Origin: the human T2T-CHM13v2.0 reference genome, Homo sapiens
Strand: one strand, 5' to 3'
DNA: 64,000 bases
NCBI RefSeq assembly: GCF_009914755.1
Contig: NC_060947.1
A program made the position numbers and the translations under genes. The notes below the pieces were generated by a model. The model was not told the origin of the DNA, searched no databases, and saw nothing but the letters and a program-made list of their open reading frames with translations. Positions 1 to 30,278 of this stretch are shown one piece after another (position 1 is the first letter of the stretch; each line of letters starts with the position of its first letter).

Positions 1-169
1 ACATTTTATCTTGTAGATGTACACATATAAATGTATATGTTTAAAGTTGTTCACTGCCACAAAATTTATATAGCAAAAACCTGGAAGCAGTCTAAATGTC
101 CATATGGTTAAAGAAATGGCGGTATTACCCATATAATGGATATAACCACCTAGACATTAAAAAGCATGA

Positions 170-983
<814 letters not shown>

Positions 984-1213
984 CCATGTAAATCTTTTAA
1001 CTAAGCAATTTCTTTTCTAGGAATTTATCCTAAGGAAAAAATCAGAAAAAAAATGCACACAGTTTTAAATACAAGGATGTTCATCAGAACATTATTTACA
1101 ACAGCAAAAAGTTGGAAAACAGCCTGTCTCCACTAATGAGAGAATGGTCCAATAAGTCATGTTTATCTATACAGCCATTAAAAGTAATGTCAGTGACTAT
1201 AGTATAAACTATT

Positions 1214-1511
<298 letters not shown>

Positions 1512-1663
1512 CTATGATACCTGTGTTTTTATTGAGGTGTAATTCACATAATGCACAATCAAAACTGTTTAGTCTGACCTCAATTTTCTGAATACATAGG
1601 CATAGAAGAAAGATGAGAAGGAAATATATAAAAATGTGAATAATGATCATTGCTGGGTAGTAG

Positions 1664-1979
<316 letters not shown>

Positions 1980-2234
1980 AATTACAGTAATTTTTAATTT
2001 CTTCGTATGTTTCTGTAGTCTCCAAATAGATTTCTGTAACTTCTTTATAATCAGAAGTAAGTGATTTTTAAAAAGAAGAATGAAGACGCCCTTTATTGGA
2101 AACACAATTATAATGGCAATGTTCCTCACTTGGTCTCAAAGAAGTTAGTAGGTTACCTTATCTCCTTTTCCCTTCCACTGAATAAAATAAAAAATAAAAT
2201 AAAATAAATAAATAAAAACTTTCTTATTTTATAG

Positions 2235-2465
<231 letters not shown>

Positions 2466-2788
2466 TAACTTCTTATTTGTCTTGGTCTTTTTCAGCATAC
2501 ACGAGTAGCAGCTGGCCAGCTGGAACATACAACTGAAATTTTAATTATTATTTGTTCTGCTGTTCAGTTACAAGTTTGCACAAGCACGTCCATGTGATAA
2601 ACCATCATTTTCCCATATGTCATCCATGATTGCCCAGAGGTGTCTCATAAAGAGAATTTCTCTCTGAATCCTGAAGTACTATATGGGACCCTAAGTCATC
2701 TTCTAGATAAAGGATGGGGAGAGTTAAGCACAATAGAGTTTTTTCTTTAATTTGGCTGTTTGAACAAATGATTTTCTAAAGTCAGTAA

Positions 2789-3025
<237 letters not shown>

Positions 3026-3446
3026 TGAATGTTTCTTGATGTTTCTTTTGGTTTTATAAGGGCACAGAGCAAGCATTAATTGTAATTATGTGTTGGGCAC
3101 TTACTGAGTGCAAAAACCTGTGCATTATTTTTTGTTCATTTAATGAAGATATTACATTGAATTTTTTAAAGTTTTGTGTTATGTCAGAGGACTTTAACAT
3201 AAGTCCGATGACTGTAGCGAAGCCCTGTATGTACATATCAGAAATCACTAACTTACTAGAATATCATCTTTGTAGATTATTTTCTTTAGTTAATGGTTTT
3301 TTGAAATAAACTTGAAATAAGCATATATTTCTCAGATATGGATTTCTTGTATATTTTGGGATTTTTAATAAAAAAGAGAAATGCCAAAACTTCTTTTGAT
3401 TATTGCATTCTGGAAACACTCTCATTTTTCTTCTATTGTAATATAG

Positions 3447-3548
<102 letters not shown>

Positions 3549-4796
3549 TAAGTGTTTTATAGTTTTCAGGTTAGACCCGTGTTCGTTTTCTCTATTTTCT
3601 TCTTTTAAAAAACAACAAAGTATTGACCAAATAATACCCTTCCAAAAAGGGACATTCTCTGTGGTCTTTTACAATATCTAAGTGACCTCCTAATGGCACT
3701 TTGAGCAAATGTGAGATCAGTTTCATCCTGCAGGACATTAACAATACCCTAGTGACCCAAGAGATTAAATATGCCAGTTTACTATATTGCTTTGAATATT
3801 TTAAGTGACACAAACACAAGCCTATGTTCCTTATGTGCTTTCCTTCTTCACCCAATTGACCTCCTGTTACAGCATTTCAGACCATTTGGGGTAGGAATAG
3901 AAGTGGGGCAGGAAAGATTGCATAGGCTCACTCCAGTCCCCTGTCCTTACTTCTACTTGGACTCTGCCAAACTAGGGCATGCAACATCTTGTCTTCAGTG
4001 AGCGGCTCTGTAAGCTTAGGCATGTATGAATGCTCCTACATTAGAGAAATATCTTTAATATATAAAAGTCTTCATTCAGAAGAAGAGAAACAGTTGAGTA
4101 ATATGGACTAAGGAGAAAGATGATAATCTATCCACTCATTTGCTCCCGACTTATTTTGTTTACTTTTCCTGTCTATGTTTTATCAGCTGTTCCAGAGTGC
4201 AGAGTAACCAGTAGTCATTCATTCACCAGTATTAATGCCTGGTACATGCAAAAGACTATTTGTTGCTATGACAGGGATATAAAACAAATGGACAATGAAG
4301 TACTTTGTCCCCTAAGACCTACACTCTAATTGTGGACATTAAACATAAACACATGAAATAATGGAAAAAGACTTTTATGATAGGTCATCAACTTTCTGTT
4401 CTCCTTCCTAGCAGCCCAGGGAAGATCCTTCATACCTGTACCACCCAGCACTGTACTAGCCACATAGTAAGCTCAAAATAAATTCTTTTTGAATGAATGA
4501 CTCGTTATTTATAGGTGCAAATTAATGTCAGCACAACTTTAGCTGATAGAATGCCAAGGAAATGATTGAGCAAGTAGGCTTTCCAGAGGGTATGTGTTTT
4601 GAGCCAAGTCTTGAAGGAGATAAGAAATGAAACCATAAGGCAAAGGTGGAAAGGAAAGAAGGCATTTCAGACTTAGGAAGAGACATTAAGAAATAAATGC
4701 ACAGTGAGAAAATAGAGGATTCTGATCTTCTTCCTAGGCAAGCCATGGCTAAACTGAGTTATCAAATGGATTGTCAGTGATACTTCCTAAGAATAA

Positions 4797-5105
<309 letters not shown>

Positions 5106-6007
5106 TAATCATTTAAGTGATACAATACAAATCAAATTTGCAACAATTATCTAAAGTGGTTAGTGATGCAGTTATCTGTAAGAAACCATTTTGTTTTTTG
5201 TGCTCCAGTGTCAGAGGCAAGAGGTTGAACTGAGGTATACCGTTATCAAATAGATTACATAGTTTGTTTTTAGAAACTATCTAGTTGATGAGTTTCTATT
5301 CCTCATAATGCATAGAAAAAGCAGCAAAAATTCCTCCTTCACAAAAGATATGACAATTGCACATGCTATTTTAAGTGAGTATCTACTATATTACAGTTAT
5401 TTCATTTGCATGCAGCTGCATGACCTAGTGTTGAACTCTAAATTATTCAAATTGAAAACAAATTATTCAATGTACTGTTATTACTGTAATCAAGATATTC
5501 TGAGTGGTCATTTTATAAAATTTTGTTTTCCTTTTGAAGCATGGATTTTTCAAATCTACTGTCGTATTTCCCACTTGTCTGTATCAGTTATTCCCATAAA
5601 ACATGGCTATTTCTCTTAGATATAGAGACCAATAATTTAGACTCTTAATATTGTATATTGATAGCTAACCAAGAAAACTCTTAGTTTCTATTGGCTTATA
5701 TTTATGCAAGCCATCCTGTCATTATGAAACATATTTGGGTGTGCCTTACTTTTGGCAAATGTTGACTTTGTAGTGAATTGAGTTTCACATAAAAGAGAGC
5801 CACCTTGTAGTCATACACTTTGAGGCATATATTAATACTGAGAAGTAAGACAAGTGTTAATGTGTACTGAAATTTGAAATATTCTCTTGAGCTCCATAAA
5901 TGATTACTTGACAAAAAGACATGACTGGATATTCCTTGTCCCCTTTCAGTGTAATCTGTTACAGAATACCGAAGTATATAGTCCTTTCAAAAACTTCTTC
6001 AAGCTTT

Positions 6008-6325
6008 TTTTTCTTTTTTTTTTCTTTTTTTTTTTTTTTTTTGAGAGGGAGTCTCACTCTGTCGCCCAGGCTGGAGTGCAGTGGCACAATGTCAGCTCAC
6101 TGCAACCTCCGCCTCCCGGATTCAAGTGATTTCTCCTGCCTCAGCCTCCCAAGTAGCTGGGACTACAGGCACGTGCCACCACGCCTGGCTAATTTTTTTG
6201 TATTTTTAGTAGAGATGGGGATTTCACCATGTTAGCCAGGATGGTGTCGATCTCCTGACCTCGTAATCCACCCGCCTCGGCCTCCAAAAGTGGTGGGATT
6301 ACAGGCGTGAGCCACCACGCCTGGC
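6008..6325 (-). mobile_element. Alu element in the last DOCK11 intron
   Basis: Full Alu reverse complement with poly-T. Confidence 0.9.
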
Positions 6326-7440
6326 TGCTTTTGATTTTTAAAAGGATTTATATTATCATAAAGCTATAAATTACAGATTTCTCAGATAGAGTTGGGGGTG
6401 GTCATTGTAGCATCTGTTGGGTATGTTTTGTAATTTCTTAGCAATAAGTACCCTCCTTGCCTGTCACATCTGACCAGCATAGATAATCAGTTATTCATCT
6501 CTTAACATTCTAGTATGCTTTCAGATTAGTGTCATGAGTTAATATTTTTGTAAGAGGAAATTTCTCTATTATAAATTTTATTTAAGCCTTATGATTTGTA
6601 GCAACACAAATGATATGTCTCAATACTGCCACTATAGATCAATCTGTGGGCTTAATACTGAAGTTTCACAACTAACTTGAGAACCAAGTATTGAAAGCTT
6701 GAGACCTAAGTTAGGACTTTATGGTAAAGAGAGTGGATATAATGTATATAGCGTTTTTTACCTCAGTCTACTTTAAGCACAAGATTTCTGTTGCTTTTTC
6801 TTTAGATTACACAAAATGGATCATTTAAAAAATATTTAAACTAATATGAATATCTATGTTTATATACTTACTGGAATACAATCTTTAAATTTTATATTTA
6901 TGAAGTTCTTCCTTTCCAAGAAAAATCTTCTGTATCAATTAGCTTATACAATTATAATGTGTCTTTAGAAATATGCACTTAAGACTTTTATCTTCATTTA
7001 CTATTATTTTCAAGTCTCCAGGGAAGGAACATAGGTATCTGCATGTTTCAAAAGTCCCATAGATGGTTCTGAGAACCACTGTGTTAGATCATTCATAAAC
7101 TCATGTCAGAGTCTACCATTTAGAGCTCTTGTTATGACCATCTGTTAAAAAATATTTTAAAGATTGTGTTACCTCTCGCTTTTTATTGAATTTTGCATTT
7201 TACAGTCTTTGTTTTTCTTAATGAGTAACTAGATCTTTTCTGCTTTTTTGATATGCTGCCTTTGTAATACAGCTTTGAAGACTTAAGTCGGTAATGTTAT
7301 TCTTTGCTCTCTCTGCTTTCTGTCTTTTTAAATAACTGTCAGTGATAAATTGAAATATGCCTGCAATTTCATATACACATTCTTTTTTTGGCAGTGGCTA
7401 TTTTGCTTCATGATAATCATGCTGATTTCTTCTGTTTTAG

Positions 7441-7560
<120 letters not shown>

Positions 7561-7900
7561 GGCAATGCAGATGTACGTGACAATGAGACTGACCTTTCTC
7601 AGGAATATTTGGAGCTGTGCAAATGTTAAAATTTAAAGATTTGATATACATGGAGTGTTTCTTCTCGACACCAAAATTTTCATGTGTTCCAGCAGGGTGC
7701 TTACATATTTGTAAATAAGCAACTTGAAAGTGCCTGGAAAATTGCACCACTGTGCTTGGTTTGTACTTTTTTAGGTAAATCTATATGCTGAAAAGTAGAG
7801 CTCAAAAACAGTAGTTCAATTTGCTTAATTATTGCTTAAAATAATGGTACTATGTAAAATTGTATAATGGAATACAATAAAAGGTAAAACTTATTTGTAA
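7561..7900 (+). other. DOCK11: DOCK11 3'UTR (~340 nt; end approximate)
   Basis: Repeat-free AT-rich sequence between the stop codon and AATAAA; contains TGTAAATA at 7710-7717. Confidence 0.75.
7876..7881 (+). terminator. Polyadenylation signal AATAAA of DOCK11
   Basis: First canonical AATAAA downstream of the stop, preceded by TGTA elements at 7853 and 7861. Confidence 0.75.
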
Positions 7901-8151
7901 TTAGAAGTGAAAGAAATAATACTTTGAACTTAGCATTTTTCTTGACAAGAAGCTCAATTCATTATCATACTAATCCTTGGTAGGAGGAGAAGAAAATTGA
8001 TAACATTTCCGTAATACACGGATATTTAAAATTGGGGAGATCATTTGAATCCTTGCCAATTAGTAGTCAAGGCTGGGCTAAAGGAACCAAAAGCATTATT
8101 TCACAGAAAATTTCAAAAGGAAAGGATATATTTACAAATATACGAAGCTTA

Positions 8152-9684
<1,533 letters not shown>

Positions 9685-10314
9685 ATTTTTTCTTTATATG
9701 TCATTTTTAAGCTTTCAGGAGAGCATGAACTTATTTATTAAAAGTTAATTTTGTATTTTAATAGGGGACTTTTACAAGTATTTCCAAGGCAGTTTGTAAT
9801 TCCTTAATATCTTAGAGTAACCTGTAGAGTTAGTTTCACCTTTAAAGTGATTATATTTGATATGTATGTATGAGGAATCATCACCTCTAGTAAATGCTGC
9901 ATTCTGAGAGTTTGGCATCTTGAGGAGACTCCAGCACTCTTCTGTCTGTAACTAGTCCCTGTCAAAGCCCCTAGCACAGCAATATGCACTGTGGGTAGAT
10001 TTTTTAATGTAATAAATGGCCCCTATTCCCAAGGATCTCGCAGTCTAGTTGAGAAAGCAAGACGCACAAAATTAAATAGTACAAGAATTAACAATGTAAG
10101 ACAGGAGAAGTCATATGTGAGTATTGCCAAATGAACGACAGCATTCATAACTCAAATCACATTCAAAGAAAGAGATCACTGTGAATTGTAAATGTTCAGG
10201 GAGGGTTTAGTGAAGAAAAGTTAAGCTTTGAACAGGCTTCCAAAGATGGAGAGGGGTATTCTAGGCAGGAGGAACACCATAAGCAAAGGTGCAAAAAGAA
10301 TTTGTGGAGGTTCA

Positions 10315-10748
<434 letters not shown>

Positions 10749-12214
10749 CTAATGGTATTTGGAGTTTACTCAATAGGCATGAGAGAGCTAGCCAAGGTTT
10801 TTAAACAGATTACTTAATTAAATGTTATTTTTAGAAATTTAATCTTTTATATTGCTGCCAGATGTATTTGAGGTAGAGAGACATGGAAATTAGGAAACCA
10901 GTTACATAGATATTGCAATAAACTAAATTCAATAAACCTCTAGATGTGAGTGATATGACAAGAATGGAGAAGAAAGGACGAGTCCCAGACACATATATGG
11001 AAGGACTAGGTAAGACTCATTGGATGGCCAAGGGAAAAAAAAAAAGAAATGTGAAAGATAATTTTGTGTCCTGTGGCCAGGGAGTTTGCCATGTCATGGC
11101 ACAAGCTCACTAGATTTATTTTTCCAACTCTCAGACTAAAGGTAGCAAGCTGTAGAGAACAAGGTGGGCTCGAACAGAGAAAGCTAGGTAAATCTGTTTT
11201 TTAAACACTACATGTATTAGGCATTAAAGTGTATATAGTTTAATGATTTCTTGAAGTGATTTGTCCTCTACAAATTAATTAACACCAAAGAATACATTTC
11301 TCCTATACTGATTGTTTTGCAGTTAAGCTTGAGTCCAATTTCCCCTAGAAGTTGTTGTTTTGATAGTCTTTGGACATACTGTGAAATGTGATTAAGTCAC
11401 CCTTGGTAGTGTTAGTTTATCACTACGGTGAAAAACCATAGAGAAAATAAGAAATTCCATGGAAATTTTCCTAGTAACCAGTTGTCACCACTGGCATCAT
11501 GTATATAGATGGGATTGTTATTGTTACCGTATTTATATGATTTGGCTGCCTATCAAAATATTATATATTTTCAAAAGTGAAACAGAAAGCAGCAGTGGTA
11601 GTAATGTCCTTGGAACCTTGACCAACAACACATCATCCTAGAACTAGAGATGACTCTAATTAAGAAACTAGATAAGTCATGATAATAAGAACGCACATTT
11701 TTAAAAAACTATTTCGTATCTTTTTTTCTTCTAACTTTTAGGTTCAGGGGGTACATGTGCAGGTTTGTTCCATGAGATATTAGCTTTCTCTGAGATGAAG
11801 AACCTGAGTGATATAATGGATTAATAGGAATTTCCAAACTCTTCAAAACATTGATAATTAGACATATGTCTTGGGCTTCTGATCTCCAAAATGTTGGGCT
11901 ACCTTTAGTCTCAGTCTTGTTCTAACAGTACACTAGTTCAGCTATCAAAAGACAAGGAGAGGAAAGGAGTAAAAGTTGGTTGTGGGTGGGGAGTGGGTTT
12001 GTGTAACAAGGCTATACCCCTGTCTTGGGAGTTGGTGAGTAAGAGTGCTTTATTTATCTTTTTTTTTTTTTCTAAGCACTTAATGGTCACTGTCTAAAAA
12101 CAGTGTATCTATGTTTGTTCATCTCCTAATGGGAGTCGTGGCTAAGTTCTAAGATTTTGCCTCTGTGCATAGCATTTTAAAACTTTTCCAATGTTCTTTT
12201 TTTTTGCTTTGTTT

Positions 12215-15655
<3,441 letters not shown>

Positions 15656-16144
15656 CATGTTTTGCATCTATTTTCTGATCCAATTCTCCTTATATATGTC
15701 ATATAGGAATCAATTCTTCATGTGATCCTGTATCACATATAAGGAAATGGATGCATAAATGGTTAAGAAATGCACTCAAGACACGCAGGAAATTAGAGAT
15801 GAGGTCACGGTATCCTGATTTATAGTCTATTGTTTTCAACTCTACTTTTTCCTTTGGTCTTCTGCTTCAACTTCTTGCAACTTTCTAGAGACTAAAAAGG
15901 GTTCATCTTTTCCACTTTTTCATTTAAAAGGTAACCTCCATATGGGTAGAGTCTGGATCTGAACTTTTCCACCTCTGTTTTCCCAGAACCTAGCACAGGA
16001 TAAGTGCTTGAGCAGTCTCAAGGAAATAAAGCCAGTTTAGATAAACAGCACCCCTGGAGCCTTTATTATGTGCAAGGTATTGTGGGCAGATATCCCAGAA
16101 CTCGGAGAGACTGTGGTTGAGGGAGATAACAAATAGTCACATTA

Positions 16145-16492
<348 letters not shown>

Positions 16493-17648
16493 TCAGTGGT
16501 AGTTACAAGTGCTTGAAAAGGCAGAGTCTTTATAGATGTAGACTGAAAAAGGCTTCATGGAGGAAATGCCATGAATTTTTCTCATTTTTATTAGAACTGC
16601 CACTAGCGTGTCTGTGTTGAGGAAGTACTTTAGGCCAAGTTTTTAACAGGAAGTTTAAAAAATTAACTTCTTTATTTTTATCATTATATGAATTCCAACA
16701 ATTAAAACCATCCGTAGTACACAATATGCAAAGCAAAAATAATAAAGTGCATATAAAATCAGGTAACATTCTTTATATGTTTTTTCTCAGACTCTCTCAT
16801 CCTGTTTTGGTCTTAGACACAAGCCAAGTTAAATCAGCTTTTTCTTTTTGTCCAGAAAACTTATGCTCAATTTTCTTCATCCTCTTGATAGAAAACCTTT
16901 ACAGCCAACCTCAGTCAATTTCTGATCGACAAGTCTCATTCTTTATATACCATAGTGTTTTGTAATAGTCATTACTTTAGTAGATCTCCTAGAATTGAGT
17001 CTTACAGGCTCTAGACTTCTCATCCTGCATGCTTACTGCATGTGCCTTTCATAGAAAATCAGTGAAAACTATCATATGAGCAGGTAAAGGCTGCAGTGTG
17101 GAAGCTGTAGACCATTCATTCATCCATCACACATTTATTGACCACCCACTGTGAACCAGGTATATGAATGATCAAGGCAATATTTCACAGGCAGATAATG
17201 CAGATGGGATGTTATAATCTAAAAGATAATTCAAAAGTAGTCTTCTTCTGTCAATAACGAATCTTCCAAATTCTGTATTCTTGAAGAGAGACATCTTATG
17301 TCTCTGATGAATGTGAGTAATAGTTCCTAGTACTGATATATTGGAACAATTAATATGTTGATTGAGAAGCAAAAGCTAAGCCATTATAGATGTGGAATTA
17401 TGTTCAATGCAAAGCTGACCAGCTCCTATAGTACTCATGCAGTGGGTTATTTCAGAATTCTTCTGTGGCATAGTCAGGATTTGAGATACCTTCAGAGCCA
17501 CGATGATATCATGTAATAGTACTATGTCCTCCCTCCCCATCCCAAACTAAATCTAGACACAAATACACATGCAATGAAAGAGGATTAGAGAGAAAGAAAG
17601 GTGGAGTTGACAAAATTATCCCTATCAGAACAAGGAAAATGAAAATGA

Positions 17649-19848
<2,200 letters not shown>

Positions 19849-20935
19849 TGAGGATTGATGAAAATTCCCATGTGCCACCTAACTATAGGATTTCTCTGCT
19901 TACTGGCACTTCCTTTGGCTTTGTTACACTACCAGAACTACACAGAAAGTGGTTTTGGATTTGAAATTCAACTAGTGGGACTTGCTCAGTATTCCCTCCA
20001 TAGAGAGCCTCTCATACACAGTGTCCTACAGTTAAGTTTAATTTATTCCCTGTCACTGGTCACAGATTGCTATTTTATGGCTCTCAAGTAGATCAGAAAG
20101 GTTTTCAGAGTTCCCCTTCCCCACCTCCTACCCATTTCTCTGTAACGACAGACACCCTTTAAGGGAAACTTGGCCCAACCAATATTATTTGAAGACATTT
20201 CATTCTCACTTAGGTAATGGGGCTTGGAGTTGAGGTCTACCTTTTTGTTGCTTTCTAGTAAAGCACTGACCCCTATCTCACAGTACTCTCCTAAGCCCTG
20301 TCCTCCCTGACAACTTAGTTGCTTTATCTTTCCAGGAGCACCCTCACATTCCTATATTGTGCACACTCAAGACAATTTCCCAGTGTCCACTTCCTGGCTG
20401 AATCAATTTCCACAACCATGACGTGTAACTCCAGCTCATCTCACCAAAGGGCATTTTAGCAAGTCACTGCAGATGCTGCAACTCGGAAAAACACGTTTAG
20501 TTAGGATCTGATGAGTCTTCTCCATTAGATAAATGTTGTGAGGTGGAACTTACTGTAATTTCCTTCTCTCCACCCAAGATCTAAAATTTTTCTCTGAGTT
20601 GGCTCCCTCTCTACCTTCAGTCTCCCTTCCTGGAAGATTTACCCCAGCAAGGATGTCTTCTTTCAGATGGATATGAGTAAGTTAGTTTCTGCCCTCGTTC
20701 TGTTTCTTCCTTCTCCTGCTCTGATGTTGGCACATCCTTAGGAAGTCAGCTACTCCACCCCCTCTACCAAGATGTGGCCCAATGAGGGTAGGGTATCTTT
20801 CACTTCCCCTTTCTGGGAGGCCGACTGGCCAAGACTGAACTACCTAGACCCCCCCACCCTTACCACTGTCATTCTACTCACTGACCCCACATGCTCATTT
20901 TTTGGTTGTTTGCTCCACTGTCCCTGAGATCTTAG

Positions 20936-21157
20936 AGGAGGGGTTCTTAACTGGGGGTGGTTTTACCCCCTAGGGAACATTTAGCAATGCCTGGAGACAT
21001 TTTTGGTTGTCACAACTGGGGCAAAGAGGTTGCCACTGACACCTAGTGGGTAGAGGCCAGGGATGCTGTTAAACATCCTACTATGCACAGCTAGCCTCCT
21101 ACAACAAAAACTCACCTGGCTCCTGCTATCAATAGTGCAGATGTTGAAAAACACTGG
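20936..21157 (+). mobile_element. MER20 (hAT-Charlie) DNA transposon remnant
   Basis: ggagacatttttggttgtcacaactgggg...gtgggtagaggccagggatgctgttaaacatcct matches the recalled MER20 consensus. Confidence 0.85.
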
Positions 21158-21715
21158 CTAGAAGGAATGCCTGCCTCACTGGAATGTGTGATGCCTACTC
21201 CACCGCTGGTTTGTCTTCAAGGAGCCTTTTGCTGGTCAACTCACCAATAAATCCACTAGGAGATCTCTCCCATTAATAGCTGTTTGTACCCTCATTTACA
21301 TCTGTCTGCCCCCTCACATGTTTGCATGCCACAAGTAATGGTGGTCTGCTCAACCTTCATTCCTAACTCTGCACTTCATCTGCAGGTTGGCCATACTCAA
21401 GAACCTGAAGGTGCTCAGGATCTGCTTCATGATCTCCGTGGCTATCCCTTTCACTTTCCGGTGAAGTAAAGGCTTTCTCATTACTAGAAACCATCCAAGT
21501 TAACTAGGCCATACAATTACAATGTCATTGCTACTACCACCTATGAAGCAGTATAGTTTATTTAATAAAACAAAACCTAAGACCTCTAAGTTATTAGCCC
21601 TGAAGGAGAAGCAGTAAGTCGGGAGGACTTGTCTACTGAAGGACAAAAACAAACTCCCAAATCAATGGAGAGACATATTTTGTTAGAATTATAAATATGT
21701 GACTTCTCTCCTTAA

Positions 21716-24189
<2,474 letters not shown>

Positions 24190-25249
24190 TCAATTTTATT
24201 ATTAAATAAATATGAATTAATACTAGACAAAGGAGGAGGAAATATCTTTTTTAAACTCTAAGAAGAAACAAAATGATAAACATCTGAGATATCTAGTCTA
24301 AAAAAAGGTTGGTACAACTTCAGAGACACTTTATCTGGGTTCCTTGCTTTTTCTCTCTGCTTCTTACTCCCCATAAACCTACTTCTCCCCACAGGAGGTG
24401 CCTTCTAGACATCTTGACATCGTGGTGAAGATGGAAAGAGTGTTTTACTAGACATGCCAAGAAAGGCTCTCCCAGTTCAAGTTTGCTTGTTTGGTTGTTT
24501 TTTTGTTTTGTTTTTTGTTCGTTTGAGAGACAGACCTTTTTACCAAGGTGGCTAACACAAAGAATTAACTTGTCCAGCTGAGAACTCACCCCTGAGTCAC
24601 AGAGGTTTATGTTACTCTGGTTAACTCAAACATAGAACCACATCTAAGCAAACCGCAACAACTGCGGCATTCATAAAACAAGAATCATGCTTAGGCAGTC
24701 ATTTAAGTGGGCTCATCACAGGACAGTAAATAATGACAAAAGAAAGCAGGGTGTGGAAGGGAATTGTGATGTTAATAACTCGTACAATGCTTAAATGCAT
24801 GCCCGGCACTGTTCTAAATTAAATCCTTCAATGATCACTACAACTTTGTTAGGTAATGACACATATCCCTCATTTTATGAATGGGGAAACTAAGGCACAG
24901 CAAAGCTAGATAACTTGTTTGAGATCACACAATCGGTGGCAATGCTGGAATTTGAACCCAGAGAATCTGGTGTAACAGTTCACACTCAAGCCACCACTTT
25001 GAGAGGAATCAAGGGAAAAAGAAGAGAGATCTAAGAGAATAAAAAGGGGAGGAAGGAGGAGGAAAAACTCAGCTCACTAACACCTGAAGGCAATTGCTAC
25101 ATGGTACCCAGCCTCCTTTTTCAGGCCCACACCCAGGTCTTTGCAGTCCCCACCTCTACCTCTGTTATCAAGCTTCCTAAAATGACATGATTTGGGGATA
25201 AGTGTTCAAACTATTTTTTTCACAAATAAATGGTGTCCAGAGGAATTGA

Positions 25250-26439
<1,190 letters not shown>

Positions 26440-27019
26440 CTATGTGCAACCTAGAGCACCAAAATCAGAAGATCCATTCATGCCTTTTCCGCAGCACTAA
26501 GCTATAATTTAAACAGGAAAAGGCAAAGTTGCAGCTTTTGAACAGCCATAAGCCCTTACATCCTAGTAAGATGGCAGACTAAATTGTAGATAACTCCAGC
26601 TTCTCAAATTCTTAAAAGCCCTGTAGTCTTCATCCACCCTGTGCCATGTCTTTAGGATTCTATAAGACAGTAAGACTTTATTTCTAAACCAACTACTGAG
26701 ATTGAAGATAAAATTAGAGCTTTAAGCCCCTTACCAAATTAATGGGAAGAGACTCTGAAAATTTAGAAATTCACTTCTGGAGTAGTGGAAGAATGGCGAA
26801 ATTCACCTACTCAGTTTACAGTGGGGCCTCTCTCCAAGTTCGAGAGCCTGACACCCAGCTGTTTGCTGAGCTTCTCTCCTTAGGTGATCCACAGGCACCT
26901 CACAATCACCATGCTCCTCTTTCCTCTCAACCTGCTCCTCCTCCTCTGTTCTCCGTCTCAGTTGAGGACACCCCTTCCTATCCAGTGACACTGGCCAGAA
27001 ATTTACAAGTCACCTAGAC

Positions 27020-27395
27020 TAGTGGTCAGTAAGCTTTTCCTATAAAGGACTATTTATAGAAATATGTGAAGCTGGCGACAGAGTGAGACTCCGTCTCAGA
27101 AAAAAAAAAAAAGAAGAAATATGTGAAGCTTTGCAAGCCATACACTCTCTGCTGCAGCTACTCAACTGCTGCTGCAGGATGAAAACAGCTACTGAACAAT
27201 ATGTAAGAAATGGGCAGGGCTATATTCCAGTCAAATTGTGTGAGTGCTAAAATTTGGATGTCATGTCATTTTCATATGTTACAAGATATTCTTTTGAGTT
27301 TTTTCCAACCACTTAAAAATGTAATAAACCACTCTTAGCTTACAGGTTGTACAAAAGTAGGTGGGCTAGATTTGGTATATGAAGAGCTTGCTGCT
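27020..27395 (+). mobile_element. MER58-like hAT DNA transposon containing a 41-bp Alu 3' stub
   Basis: ttttcctataaagg...gcagctactcaactgctg...ttttccaaccacttaaaaatgtaa resembles MER58B. Confidence 0.7.
27074..27114 (+). mobile_element. Extremely 5'-truncated Alu with perfect 16-bp TSD
   Basis: ggcgacagagtgagactccgtctcag plus A tail, flanked by agaaatatgtgaagct at 27058-27073 and 27115-27130. Confidence 0.9.
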
Positions 27396-27459
27396 CTAGA
27401 ATCCTCACTCTCCTCCCTTCCCCACATCTGATCAGACAAGTCCAACAATCTCACTTTGT

Positions 27460-30278
<2,819 letters not shown>

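Noticed and set aside
24370-24480. Acceptor-like cttctccccacag followed by unique sequence
   Set aside because: No matching donor, recognisable peptide or gene context.
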